Below, piece by piece: positions 53,599-62,620 of a stretch of DNA of 64,000 bases. Below the pieces are notes generated by a model. It was not told where the DNA came from and did not search any database. It saw only the letters and a list, made by a program, of their open reading frames with translations. Origin of the DNA: an uncultured delta proteobacterium (GTDB taxonomy: Bacteria; Myxococcota_A; Polyangia; Polyangiales; JAFGIB01); assembly GCA_963778655.1 (NCBI GenBank), contig CAVZVA010000009.1, positions 736,001 to 800,000 on the forward strand, written 5' to 3'. Within the stretch, counting starts at the first letter, position 1. Every line of letters starts with the position of its first letter. The position numbers and the translations under genes were made by a program.

Positions 53599-55784
53599 CA
53601 GAAGGCCTCCCCGATGGTGAAGCTCACCGCGCCGTCGGCAAGGCCGAACACCTTGGACTGCGGGATATTGGTGCGCAGGCGCTCGTCCTTGCCGATGGTC
53701 TGCAGCGCGGGCGGCGCCAGCGCCGCGTCCAACCGCAGCGGGCCCACGATGGTGCGGTAGCGCAGGCCGATGCCGAGGCTGGTCTGCGGATACTGGAAGC
53801 GGTAGGTGGTGCCGCGCGAGACGTCGCCGGCGTCGGCGAACAACACAGTGCCGAAGCTCTCGGTCACCGGGATGCGCAGCTCGAGCGAGGCCTCCCACTG
53901 CCGCAGGCCGCCGCTGATCAGGCGCGAGGTGCCGTTGCTGTCGATGATCTCGGCGTCGCCTAGGGTGTTGGGGGCGTAGCCGCGCACGCTGTTGTGACCT
54001 CCGCCGCGCAGCCGGTGCGTGATCGGTCCGAGCGCCGCCAGATCCTTCAGGAACAGGATGCGGGTGGCGTCATTGGCCGCCGAGGGTGCGGGGATCTCGA
54101 TGCTGCTGCGGGTGACCTCCATGAAGCCCAGGCGCGCGCGGCCCGCCAGCACCAGGCCGCCCGGCAAGGGGATGTACCCGCGGGCGTCGCCGGTCAGGCG
54201 CACGTAGTTCCACGCGCTCGGCAGGAAGTAGCCGGCGTGCTGGACGCCGAGCGTGAAGAAGCTGCCGCGGTGGGTGTTGCGCGGATCGTCGCGTAGATCG
54301 AGCCGCGCTACGTGGTAGAGATAGGTGAGCTCGTAGTCGGGGTAGGGGTCTTGCTTGTCGGGCAGGAACAGATCGGAGTTGACGCTGCTGGAGACCAGCA
54401 ACTTGCCCTGGAAGAAGTACCGCTCGGGCCCGATGCCGGCCACCACCACGTGGCGCTGGAAGTTTCCGCCGTATTGGTCAGGGCCGCGGTCCCAGCGCAC
54501 CCGGGCCACCAGCGTGGTGCGCGACTCGATGAAGGACGGCTGCCGCAGCTCGGTGGTCAGCAGGTTGCCGGGCCTGGGCTTGGAGGTGCCGGGAAAGGGT
54601 TGGTCGAAGACCAGCCGCGGGCGGTCCTCGATGCGCAGCTTGCGCATGCCGCCGAGGAAGTTGCGGTGCTCGATCTTGCCGAGCAGGTGCACGTCCCACT
54701 GCGCGTAGCTGTCGCCGGTGGCGGCGAGGTCGCCTTCCTGGGTGAAGAAGCCGCCCGAGTCCATGCCCACGCCGACGCCGAAGCGGAACATGCGTCCGGG
54801 CACCACGTGGATGACCGCGTCGACCGAGTTGTCCGGTTGCGGCACGTGCTGCACGTCGACCGACGCGAACGGCCCGAGCGCGTAGACCGCGTAGCGCGCG
54901 TCGCGCAGCGCGCTCAAGCTGAACGGGCTGCCGCGCTTGAGGCTGGCGGCCGCCAGGATCGGCCGCGACGGCAGGTTGCGGTTGCCCTCCACGGTCACGT
55001 TGCCGAAATGGCAGCGCGGCCCGGCCGCGACGTGCAGCTCGACGCGCGCCAGGTTGCGTTCCGGGTCGACGCTCACCGCACCGGTCACGGCGGCCTTGGC
55101 GTAGGACGCCTCCTGCAGCACCTCGAGCAGCGCGCGCTTGCTGCGCTCGTAGAAGGCCTCGTCGAAGGGCTCGCCCGGGTGCAGCTGCAACGCCTGGTTG
55201 AGATCGCGCTTGAGGCCCGGGTCCAGGCCGGTCAGCCCATCGAGCGAGAGCCGCACGATCAGCACCGGCTCGCCTTCCTTGACGTCGATCGAGACGTCGA
55301 CTTCGCGCGCGGCCTCGTCCCGCTTCAGGTTCGTGTCGGTCACGCGCGCGCCGTAGTAGCCGCGCGCGACGTACCAGCGCTCGATGCGGTCGACGTCGCG
55401 CGCGAACGCGGTCTGGTTGAAGATCGGCCACTCGGTCCAGGGCCAGGCCCACAGGTCGACGTGCGTGCGGCCGGCGTCGAACGGCGGCTCGCCGCACTGC
55501 GGCACCGGCGCACCGCCGAGCACGAAGCCGAAGCGCTCGCGCTCGTGCGTGGCCAGGCAGGCTTTGATCGCGTCGGGGTCCATGTTCTCGGTGCCCCGTA
55601 TCTCGATTGATGACACGCCGTACGAGCCCTTGGGCACGCTCGCGCAACCGATCAGGACGCCGCAGCCGATCAGCGTGGCAAGCTGGCACAGGCCTGCCTG
55701 TAACGAAGGGCGCTGTGGTACGTACCGTGTCAACAGGGCGTCGTATTCCGCTTCCGCCGCTATGTGATGTGCCGATTTCGCCAC
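53598..55784 (-). CDS. tamA: Omp85-family outer membrane protein (TamA/BamA-like)
   Basis: POTRA-like segments (YVARGYY, VKEGEP), GGHNSVRGY, GLRYRTIVGPLRLD, terminal IGEAF. Confidence 0.88.
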   Translation of the reverse strand: MAKSAHHIAAEAEYDALLTRYVPQRPSLQAGLCQLATLIGCGVLIGCASVPKGSYGVSSIEIRGTENMDPDAIKACLATHERERFGFVLGGAPVPQCGEPPFDAGRTHVDLWAWPWTEWPIFNQTAFARDVDRIERWYVARGYYGARVTDTNLKRDEAAREVDVSIDVKEGEPVLIVRLSLDGLTGLDPGLKRDLNQALQLHPGEPFDEAFYERSKRALLEVLQEASYAKAAVTGAVSVDPERNLARVELHVAAGPRCHFGNVTVEGNRNLPSRPILAAASLKRGSPFSLSALRDARYAVYALGPFASVDVQHVPQPDNSVDAVIHVVPGRMFRFGVGVGMDSGGFFTQEGDLAATGDSYAQWDVHLLGKIEHRNFLGGMRKLRIEDRPRLVFDQPFPGTSKPRPGNLLTTELRQPSFIESRTTLVARVRWDRGPDQYGGNFQRHVVVAGIGPERYFFQGKLLVSSSVNSDLFLPDKQDPYPDYELTYLYHVARLDLRDDPRNTHRGSFFTLGVQHAGYFLPSAWNYVRLTGDARGYIPLPGGLVLAGRARLGFMEVTRSSIEIPAPSAANDATRILFLKDLAALGPITHRLRGGGHNSVRGYAPNTLGDAEIIDSNGTSRLISGGLRQWEASLELRIPVTESFGTVLFADAGDVSRGTTYRFQYPQTSLGIGLRYRTIVGPLRLDAALAPPALQTIGKDERLRTNIPQSKVFGLADGAVSFTIGEAF

Positions 55785-55945
55785 GAACGGGCTCCTGTCG
55801 GCGCGCTCATGCCAGCCCTTGCCAAGCCCGGGGAATCATGATCACGTCAGCACAGAGTGGGTCGGAGGTGGCGGCGGTAGTGGTTTGCAGCAGCGGCGCG
55901 AAATGCGGCGCGGTGAGCCCTGCGGCCTGCAGGTGAGGTTGCCAT

Positions 55946-56470
55946 ATGGGGTCCGAAGCGTCTAAGAGTCGGCGGTCGTTTCTGAGCCTGGTGATCGGGC
56001 TCGGCAGCGCTTTCATCGGGCTGGTGCTCGGCAAGCCCGCCGTCGAGTACGTCGTCGATCCGCTGCTGCGCGCGGGCGGCAAGAAAGAGCGCTGGTTGCG
56101 CGTGGCCAAGCTCGAAAGCCTCGACGACAAACGGCCGGTGGCCGTGCCGGTGATAGGCGAGCAGGTCGACGCCTGGACACGGCAGCCCAACGTACGGCTC
56201 GGCATGGTGTGGCTGCGCAAGAAGGGTGCAGGGGTAGAAGCGCTCACCGCGGAATGCCCCCATCTGGGCTGCAAGGTCGGCTACGAACCGCAACGTAAGC
56301 GCTTCCACTGCCCGTGCCACGACAGCTCCTTCTCGCTGGACGGGACCAAGCTGGGCGGGCCGGCGCCGCGCTCGATGGATCCGTTGGACGCGCGCGTGGT
56401 CGACGGACAGGTCGAGGTGCGCTTCGTACGCTTCCGCGCTCAGATCAAAGAGCGCGAGGAAGTCGGCTGA
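55946..56470 (+). CDS. Rieske [2Fe-2S] subunit of a cytochrome bc complex
   Basis: Tat motif SRRSFL; CPHLGC and CPCH; GPAPRSM. Confidence 0.93.
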   Translation: MGSEASKSRRSFLSLVIGLGSAFIGLVLGKPAVEYVVDPLLRAGGKKERWLRVAKLESLDDKRPVAVPVIGEQVDAWTRQPNVRLGMVWLRKKGAGVEALTAECPHLGCKVGYEPQRKRFHCPCHDSSFSLDGTKLGGPAPRSMDPLDARVVDGQVEVRFVRFRAQIKEREEVG

Positions 56471-56474
56471 GCCC

Positions 56475-58220
56475 ATGCTGGCCAAAGTTGCGGACTGGTT
56501 CGACGAGCGCACGGGTTACCGCGCGCTGGTCTCGCATGCGCTCGACGAGGAGATCGAGGGCGGGGCGCGCTGGGCCTACGTGTTCGGCAGCGGGCTGCTC
56601 ACGGTGTTCATCTGCCAGGTGGTCACCGGCCTGCTGTTGATGGCGACTTACACGCCGTCGATGACGGGCGCGTGGTCGAGCGTGTTCTACATCCAGCACA
56701 AGGTCGCCGGCGGCTGGTTCGTGCGCGGGCTGCACCACTACGGCGCGCAGGCGATGATCGTGGTGCTGGGGATGCACTTGCTGCAGGTGGCGATCTACGG
56801 CGCGTACAAGAAGCCGCGCGAGGTCACCTGGTGGCTCGGGCTCGCGCTGCTGGGCGCGGTGCAGGGCCTGGGCCTGACCGGTTACCTGCTGCCGTGGGAC
56901 CAGAAGGGCTACTGGGCGACCAAGGTGGCGACCAACATCGCCGGCACCGTGCCGCTCTTGGGACCCGCGATCCAGACGCTGATCGTCGGCGGCCACGAGT
57001 ACGGCCAGGCCACGCTGACGCGCTTCTACGTGCTTCACGTCGGGGTGCTGCCGGCCACGCTGGCGCTGGTGATCGGCGCACATGTGGCGCTGTTCAGGCG
57101 CCACGGCGCCACCGCGCCGCACGGTGCCGACACCAGCAAGAAGGGCTTGTTCTATCCCGATCAGCTCGCGCGCGACGTCGCGTTCGCGGTGCTGGTGGTG
57201 CTGGTGATGGCGGTGCTCGCCAGCAGCGGCGATGCGCACCTGGATGCGCCGGCCGACCCCACGGCCGACTACAAGCCGCGGCCGGAGTGGTACTTCCTGT
57301 TCCTGTTCCAGCTGCTGAAATACCTGCCGGGCTCGCTCGAGCTGGTGGGGACGATGGTGCTGCCGGGTCTGGCCGGTGCGTTCCTGTTCATGCTGCCGCT
57401 TCTCGATCGCGGCGAGAGCAAGCGCGCGCGCGATCGGCTGCCTTATCTGGCGCCGGTGCTGCTGGGCGCGTGCGGGGTGGTGGCGCTCACCGCGCAGTCA
57501 CTGCATGAGGACGCCCACGACGTCGAGTACCAGCGCGGTCTGAAGGTCTCGCACCAGCGCGCCGAGCGCGCGATCATGCTCGCGCAGAAGGGCATCCCGG
57601 TGGGCGGCCCGCTCGAGCTGCTGCGCGCCGATCCGATGACCCGCGGCGCCGATGTCGACGAGCAGCACTGCCTCAAGTGCCACGTGCTCGATGGCAGGGG
57701 CGAGCGCGACGCGCCCGATCACACCGGCTACGGCTCGCGCGCATGGATCATGGGCATGGTCCACAACCCCGACGACGATCACTACTTCGGCCGCACCAAG
57801 ATCGACGACATGAAGCCGATGGGCAAGCTGGGCGAGGACAGGCTCAAGGCCGTGACCGAGTTCCTGTTCTCGCTCGGCCGCGAGCCGCAGGACCCGCCGT
57901 TCGACCAGGCGTTGGCCAAGCGAGGCAAACAGATCTTCCTGGACAAGTGCCTGGACTGCCACGTGTACGAAGGCGAGGGTGCCGATGTGCTGGACGGACC
58001 GGACATGACCGGCTACGGCTCCCGCACCTGGATCTACGAGCAGGTCAAGGATGGCGAAGGCCACTACGGCGATCTCAACAAGATGCCGAAATTCGTCGAC
58101 GACCTCGACGACCACGACATCAAGATGGTCACCGCCTACCTGCGCCAGCAGCGCTTCGCCAAGCCGGACTTCAAGGTCAAGCCCGCCAAGCCCAGCGACG
58201 ACGACGACAAGGACGAGTAG
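56475..58220 (+). CDS. Cytochrome b (b6 plus subunit IV type) fused to a di-haem cytochrome c
   Basis: GLHHYGA, TGYLLPWDQKGYWA, RFYVLH, PEWY; CLKCH and CLDCH. Confidence 0.92.
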   Translation: MLAKVADWFDERTGYRALVSHALDEEIEGGARWAYVFGSGLLTVFICQVVTGLLLMATYTPSMTGAWSSVFYIQHKVAGGWFVRGLHHYGAQAMIVVLGMHLLQVAIYGAYKKPREVTWWLGLALLGAVQGLGLTGYLLPWDQKGYWATKVATNIAGTVPLLGPAIQTLIVGGHEYGQATLTRFYVLHVGVLPATLALVIGAHVALFRRHGATAPHGADTSKKGLFYPDQLARDVAFAVLVVLVMAVLASSGDAHLDAPADPTADYKPRPEWYFLFLFQLLKYLPGSLELVGTMVLPGLAGAFLFMLPLLDRGESKRARDRLPYLAPVLLGACGVVALTAQSLHEDAHDVEYQRGLKVSHQRAERAIMLAQKGIPVGGPLELLRADPMTRGADVDEQHCLKCHVLDGRGERDAPDHTGYGSRAWIMGMVHNPDDDHYFGRTKIDDMKPMGKLGEDRLKAVTEFLFSLGREPQDPPFDQALAKRGKQIFLDKCLDCHVYEGEGADVLDGPDMTGYGSRTWIYEQVKDGEGHYGDLNKMPKFVDDLDDHDIKMVTAYLRQQRFAKPDFKVKPAKPSDDDDKDE

Positions 58221-58235
58221 CGCGCGGCCATTTCG

Positions 58236-58290
58236 GATCACAGGAAGAAGGAGCCTGTTTCAGCTTCCTGTCTTCCCGCCTTCCTGTTTC
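58236..58290. repeat. REP-like GATCACAGGAAG...CTTCCCGCCTTCCTGT element
   Basis: Lies between convergent genes and overlaps the ligase 3' end. Confidence 0.6.
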
Positions 58291-59759
58291 AGGTCCTGCT
58301 TGTCCTGCGTCGGTTTGTCCTGCGTCGCCAACCGCGCTTGGCGCAGGGCCGAGCGGCGGACTTTGCCGGCGTCGTCGCGCAGCGGGGCGTGAACGAATTC
58401 GAAGCTGCGGGGGATCTTGTAGCGTGCCAGCTGGTCGGCGAGATGGGTGCGCAGGGCTTCGGCGTCGAGCTCGGCGTCGGCGATGTCGACGATCGCGTGC
58501 ACGGCCTGGCCCAGATCCTCGTCGGGCAGACCGATCACCGCGCTCGAGCGCACCGCGGGATGGGTATCGATCGCGGCCTCGACCTCGGCCGGATACACGT
58601 TGGCTCCGCCGCTCAGGATCATGTCTGTCTGGCGGTCGGCCAGGTACAGGTAACCGTCGGCGTCGAGATAGCCCATGTCGCCAAGCGACTCCCAGCCGTC
58701 GCGATCCTTTGCTCGCGCGCCGATGTAGTAGTACGTGCTGCCGGGGCCGCGATCGGGGCGCAGGTACACCTCGCCGATCTCGCCGGGCGGCAGCTCGTTG
58801 CCTTCCGCGTCGAGGATTTTGATCTGCGTGCCCGGCATCGCTTTGCCGACCGAGCCGCGGTGCGCGAGCCACTCGGTGCCCGAGATCAACGTGACGCCCT
58901 GGGCCTCGGTGCCGGCGTAGAGCTCGTGCACGCGCTCCGGCCCGAGCCAGTCGATGAACGCCTGCTTGAGCCACACCGGGCAGGGCGCGCCCAGGTGCAG
59001 GATGCGCTGCAGCGAGGAGAGGTCGTAGCGTCCGCGCACCGCTTCCCCCAGCCGCCAGATGCGGTGCATCATCGTCGGCACCAGCAGCGCGTACTGCACG
59101 CGGTGGCGCTCGATCAGCTGCAGCGACTGCTCGGCGTCGAAGTGACTCATCACCACCAGCTGCGCGCCCGCAAACAGCCCCTGCATCGAAAACATGAAGG
59201 GGCCGTTGTGATAGAGCGGGCCGGGCACGAGCTGGGTCAGCCGCGTGCGCGCGGTCTCGGGATCGGTCGTGCCCGCCTGGCGTGCGACGATCAGCTTGGG
59301 CCGTCCTGTGCTGCCGCCCGACGTCGGCGCCTTCCAGGAGCTCGCGATGCGGTCGGGCAGCGGCGCATCGGAGAGCTCGGGCGCGGCCTCGTAGCCCACG
59401 GGCAGTGAGGGCACGCCGGGCAAGCCGTCGGCCGGCGCCCCCACCACCAGCGCCGGCCTGGCCAACGCCAGGATTGCCTCGCGCTCGGCCCGCGGCAGCT
59501 TGGCGCTGATCGGCTGCGGGGTGGCCCCGAGCTTCCAGGTCGCCACGCACGCTTCGTAGAATTCGATGCCGTTGGGCAGCGCAATCGTCACAAAGCTGTC
59601 CTGCACCACGCCCAGTGATTCGTACGCGCGCGCCAGCCGGTTGGTGCGCAGCTCGAGCTCACGCCGGGTCAGGCTGCCCTGCTCGGCAGTGAGCGCGATG
59701 CGCTCCGGGTCTTGCTCGCTCAACCAGCGGATCGCCGCCCCGATCGACATCTTCGCCAC
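58260..59759 (-). CDS. AMP-dependent acyl-CoA synthetase (bile acid-CoA ligase-like)
   Basis: TSGGSTGRPK, PLYHNG, YAGTE, GDMGYLD, SGGANVYPAEVE, DAGKV. Confidence 0.9.
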   Translation of the reverse strand: MAKMSIGAAIRWLSEQDPERIALTAEQGSLTRRELELRTNRLARAYESLGVVQDSFVTIALPNGIEFYEACVATWKLGATPQPISAKLPRAEREAILALARPALVVGAPADGLPGVPSLPVGYEAAPELSDAPLPDRIASSWKAPTSGGSTGRPKLIVARQAGTTDPETARTRLTQLVPGPLYHNGPFMFSMQGLFAGAQLVVMSHFDAEQSLQLIERHRVQYALLVPTMMHRIWRLGEAVRGRYDLSSLQRILHLGAPCPVWLKQAFIDWLGPERVHELYAGTEAQGVTLISGTEWLAHRGSVGKAMPGTQIKILDAEGNELPPGEIGEVYLRPDRGPGSTYYYIGARAKDRDGWESLGDMGYLDADGYLYLADRQTDMILSGGANVYPAEVEAAIDTHPAVRSSAVIGLPDEDLGQAVHAIVDIADAELDAEALRTHLADQLARYKIPRSFEFVHAPLRDDAGKVRRSALRQARLATQDKPTQDKQDLKQEGGKTGS

Positions 59760-59766
59760 GACTGCC

Positions 59767-62484
59767 TCACTCCCTGATTTGCTCTAGGTCTTGCTGCTCG
59801 TGCGTTTTGTCGTGCTCTTGCTTGTGCTCGGGCGCCGCAGCGGGCACCTGCTCGTCTTGGCCCGGCGGCTCCAGCGGCACCAGGCCCGGATCTTCCAGCC
59901 GCAGCTCGCCCTGGGGCGCGGCTGGCAGGCGCAGGTGCGCGTTGGCATCGGTGTAGCCCAAAAAGACCGTGGCGTCTGCGAGCCGCAGCGCGACCAGCGT
60001 CTCGCGCAGCAGGCGTACCCCGCCGCCGCCATAGGCGTAGACTTCGGTCGGCTCGCGACGCGCGCTGCGCGGCGGCTCCGCGCAGGCGGCGCGTACGCTC
60101 GGCTCGAGATCAGTCGCGGCGCACGCCTCGAGCGCGAAGCTCACCTTGGCCCCGTCCAGATGGCCGGCGGCCGCGGCCGTATACGCCCAGCGCGCTGCGG
60201 CGGCGCGCACGATCGGCGCGTGCTCTGGCTCGAGCCAGCTCAGCGGGTCAGGTCCATGGTCGCACGCGCCCGCTCCCAACGCCGCCAGCGCCGCGGCCAC
60301 GTTGGCGCGCACGTACGGCTCGCGCGAGCGCCCGAGCGCGCACAGCTCGCGCGCGGACAGGTGCGGCTTGAGCACGCCCCGCTGTGCCATGCGCGCGAGC
60401 GCATAGGCTGCAGCGCCCGGCACCGGCCAGTGCAGGCGCTTGGTGCTCCGGATCAGCGCGCGCACGTCGCGTTGATCGCCGGTCTCGCCCAGCGCGGCGG
60501 CAGCGGCCACGGCCTCGTGCACCGAGCCGTGGTCCAGCAGGTAGCGCAGCAACGGGCGCGTGCGGGCGTCGCCGAGCTGCCCCAGGGCGGCGACCGCGGC
60601 GGCGCGCCGCCGCGACGACGGCACGCGCAGGATGGTCGCGATTTGCTCGATCGCGCCCTCCGGTCCGAACAGCGCGATCGCCTCCACTGCGCGGTCGGCC
60701 AGCTCCGGGTCCTCGTTCTGCGCCTGCCGCGCCAACGATTGCAGTGCGCGCTGGGCGAGCGGCTGCGGCAGCTTGCCGGCGTGCGCCAGCCGTCCGAGCG
60801 CACCGCCGAGCGCGATCAGCAGGGCGTGTCGATCGGCGCGGCGCTCGGCGTCCAGCCGCTCGAGCAGCGCATGCACCGTTCCGGCGTCCGCGGTGGCACG
60901 CAGCGCGTTGGCGGCCTCGAACCGCGTGCGCGCGTCGTCGTTGTCCAGCAGCGGCAGCAGCGCGGGCGCCGCCTCGGGCACACCGATCTCGCCCAGCGCG
61001 CGTACCGCGGCCAACCGCAGGACGGGATCCGTAGCCGCGAGCAGCGGCGTGAGCGCAGGCAGCGCACGCGGCGCCCGCACGCGGCCGAGCAGCTGCACCA
61101 CCTCGATGCGCTGCGCGCCCTGCGCCGAGTCGAGCCGTCCCAGCAAGGGATCGGCTGCGCGCCCGTCCGGCTCGGCGTGCTCGAAGTACGCCTGCAGCGC
61201 GTCGAGCACCGCTTGTTGCGCGTCCTTGCCTTCGCCCTGCCCGAGCCGTTCGAGCAGCGGCATCAACGCCGCCGGTGCCGCGCTCGCGCCGAGCGCCTGC
61301 AGCAGCGCGGCGCCGAGCTCACCCTGGGCCGCCGGCAGCTCCGCGAGCAGCGCGTCGAGCGCGGGCTCCAGCGAAGCGACCTGCGCCAGCGTGGTCAGCG
61401 CCCGCACGATCGCCAGCTTGGCCCCCGGCTCAGCCCCTCGCAGCGTCACCCCCAGCTGCGCCACCAACCCTTCCGCGCCCGCCCCCGTAGTCGTCCCCGC
61501 CCCCGCGCCCCTGCCCGTGCCCCTGCCCGTGCCCGCGTCCGCCCCCGCCCCCGCGCCCGCCCCCATCCCCACTCCCACGCGAGCCTCGCGCTGCAGCCTG
61601 CGCGCCTGCGCGAGCAACGCTCGCGTGGCCGCGAGCCGCAGCGCCGGCACCTGCAGCTGCGCGATCAGCACGGCACGCGCCTTATCGTCATCGATCGCCG
61701 AAAGCGCCGCCACTGCCGCCTGCGCCAGGCGCGGCTCGGCGCGTTCGAGCGCGGTCTTGAGCGGGCCGACCCCACCGGCATCGCCCAGCCGTCCCAGCGC
61801 TGCAGCCGCGGCCAGCCGCACCTGGTCGTCGTCGTCGGCCAGCGCCCGCGCCAGCGCCGGCAGCGCGCGCGCGTCGCGGATGCGCCCAAAGGCTTCGAGC
61901 GTGGCCACCCGCACCTCGGGCGAGGAGTCGGCCATGCTGCCCAGCAACGGCGCCAGCGCGCGCCCGTCGTGCAGCGCCCCGAGCGCGGCGATGGCTTCGA
62001 TGCGCACCGACAGGTCCACGTCCTCGAGCCGGCCGAGCAGCGGCGTCACGCTTTCGGGCGTACCGATCTTACCGAGCGCGATCACCGCGGCGCGCCGCAC
62101 CTCGGCGGCGGCGTCGCCGAGCGCCCGCGTCAGCGCCGGCAGCGCGCGCGCCTCGCCGATGTTGCCGAGCGCGTCCGCGGCGCTGCGCCGCGTATCGGCC
62201 TCCTTGTCGTCCAGCCAGTCGAGCAGAACCGGCACCGCTTCACGCAGGCGCACCCGACCCGCCACCGCCGCGGCCTCGAGCCGCACTGCGGAGTCCGCAT
62301 CGTCGAGCGAGAGCAGCAGCGCGTCGCGGGCCTCCTCGGCGCCGTGCTCGCCGAGCGATCGCACCAGCTCCCGACGCTGCTCCGGGTCGGCGTGCTGCAG
62401 CTCGTGCTGGATGCGATAGACCTGGCCCGGCCAATGAAAGCCCAGGCAGGGTAGCAGCAGCAAGCACAGCCCGATGCGGCGCAT
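59767..62484 (-). CDS. Exported HEAT-repeat protein
   Basis: Signal-like MRRIGLCLLLLPCLG; many VRxxAxxALG repeats; internal Gly/Ala/Thr linker. Confidence 0.85.
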   Translation of the reverse strand: MRRIGLCLLLLPCLGFHWPGQVYRIQHELQHADPEQRRELVRSLGEHGAEEARDALLLSLDDADSAVRLEAAAVAGRVRLREAVPVLLDWLDDKEADTRRSAADALGNIGEARALPALTRALGDAAAEVRRAAVIALGKIGTPESVTPLLGRLEDVDLSVRIEAIAALGALHDGRALAPLLGSMADSSPEVRVATLEAFGRIRDARALPALARALADDDDQVRLAAAAALGRLGDAGGVGPLKTALERAEPRLAQAAVAALSAIDDDKARAVLIAQLQVPALRLAATRALLAQARRLQREARVGVGMGAGAGAGADAGTGRGTGRGAGAGTTTGAGAEGLVAQLGVTLRGAEPGAKLAIVRALTTLAQVASLEPALDALLAELPAAQGELGAALLQALGASAAPAALMPLLERLGQGEGKDAQQAVLDALQAYFEHAEPDGRAADPLLGRLDSAQGAQRIEVVQLLGRVRAPRALPALTPLLAATDPVLRLAAVRALGEIGVPEAAPALLPLLDNDDARTRFEAANALRATADAGTVHALLERLDAERRADRHALLIALGGALGRLAHAGKLPQPLAQRALQSLARQAQNEDPELADRAVEAIALFGPEGAIEQIATILRVPSSRRRAAAVAALGQLGDARTRPLLRYLLDHGSVHEAVAAAAALGETGDQRDVRALIRSTKRLHWPVPGAAAYALARMAQRGVLKPHLSARELCALGRSREPYVRANVAAALAALGAGACDHGPDPLSWLEPEHAPIVRAAAARWAYTAAAAGHLDGAKVSFALEACAATDLEPSVRAACAEPPRSARREPTEVYAYGGGGVRLLRETLVALRLADATVFLGYTDANAHLRLPAAPQGELRLEDPGLVPLEPPGQDEQVPAAAPEHKQEHDKTHEQQDLEQIRE

Positions 62485-62620
62485 GCAGGAGTTCTACCAG
62501 GTAACGGCGGGTTTTCGGGGGCCCAACCACCTGCAATTTTGCAGGGGGAACGCGCAAGCGCATGGACCCTCCGGGGGACGGCTGCTACAAGAAGCCGGCC
62601 GAAATCTCAGCCCACCCGCC

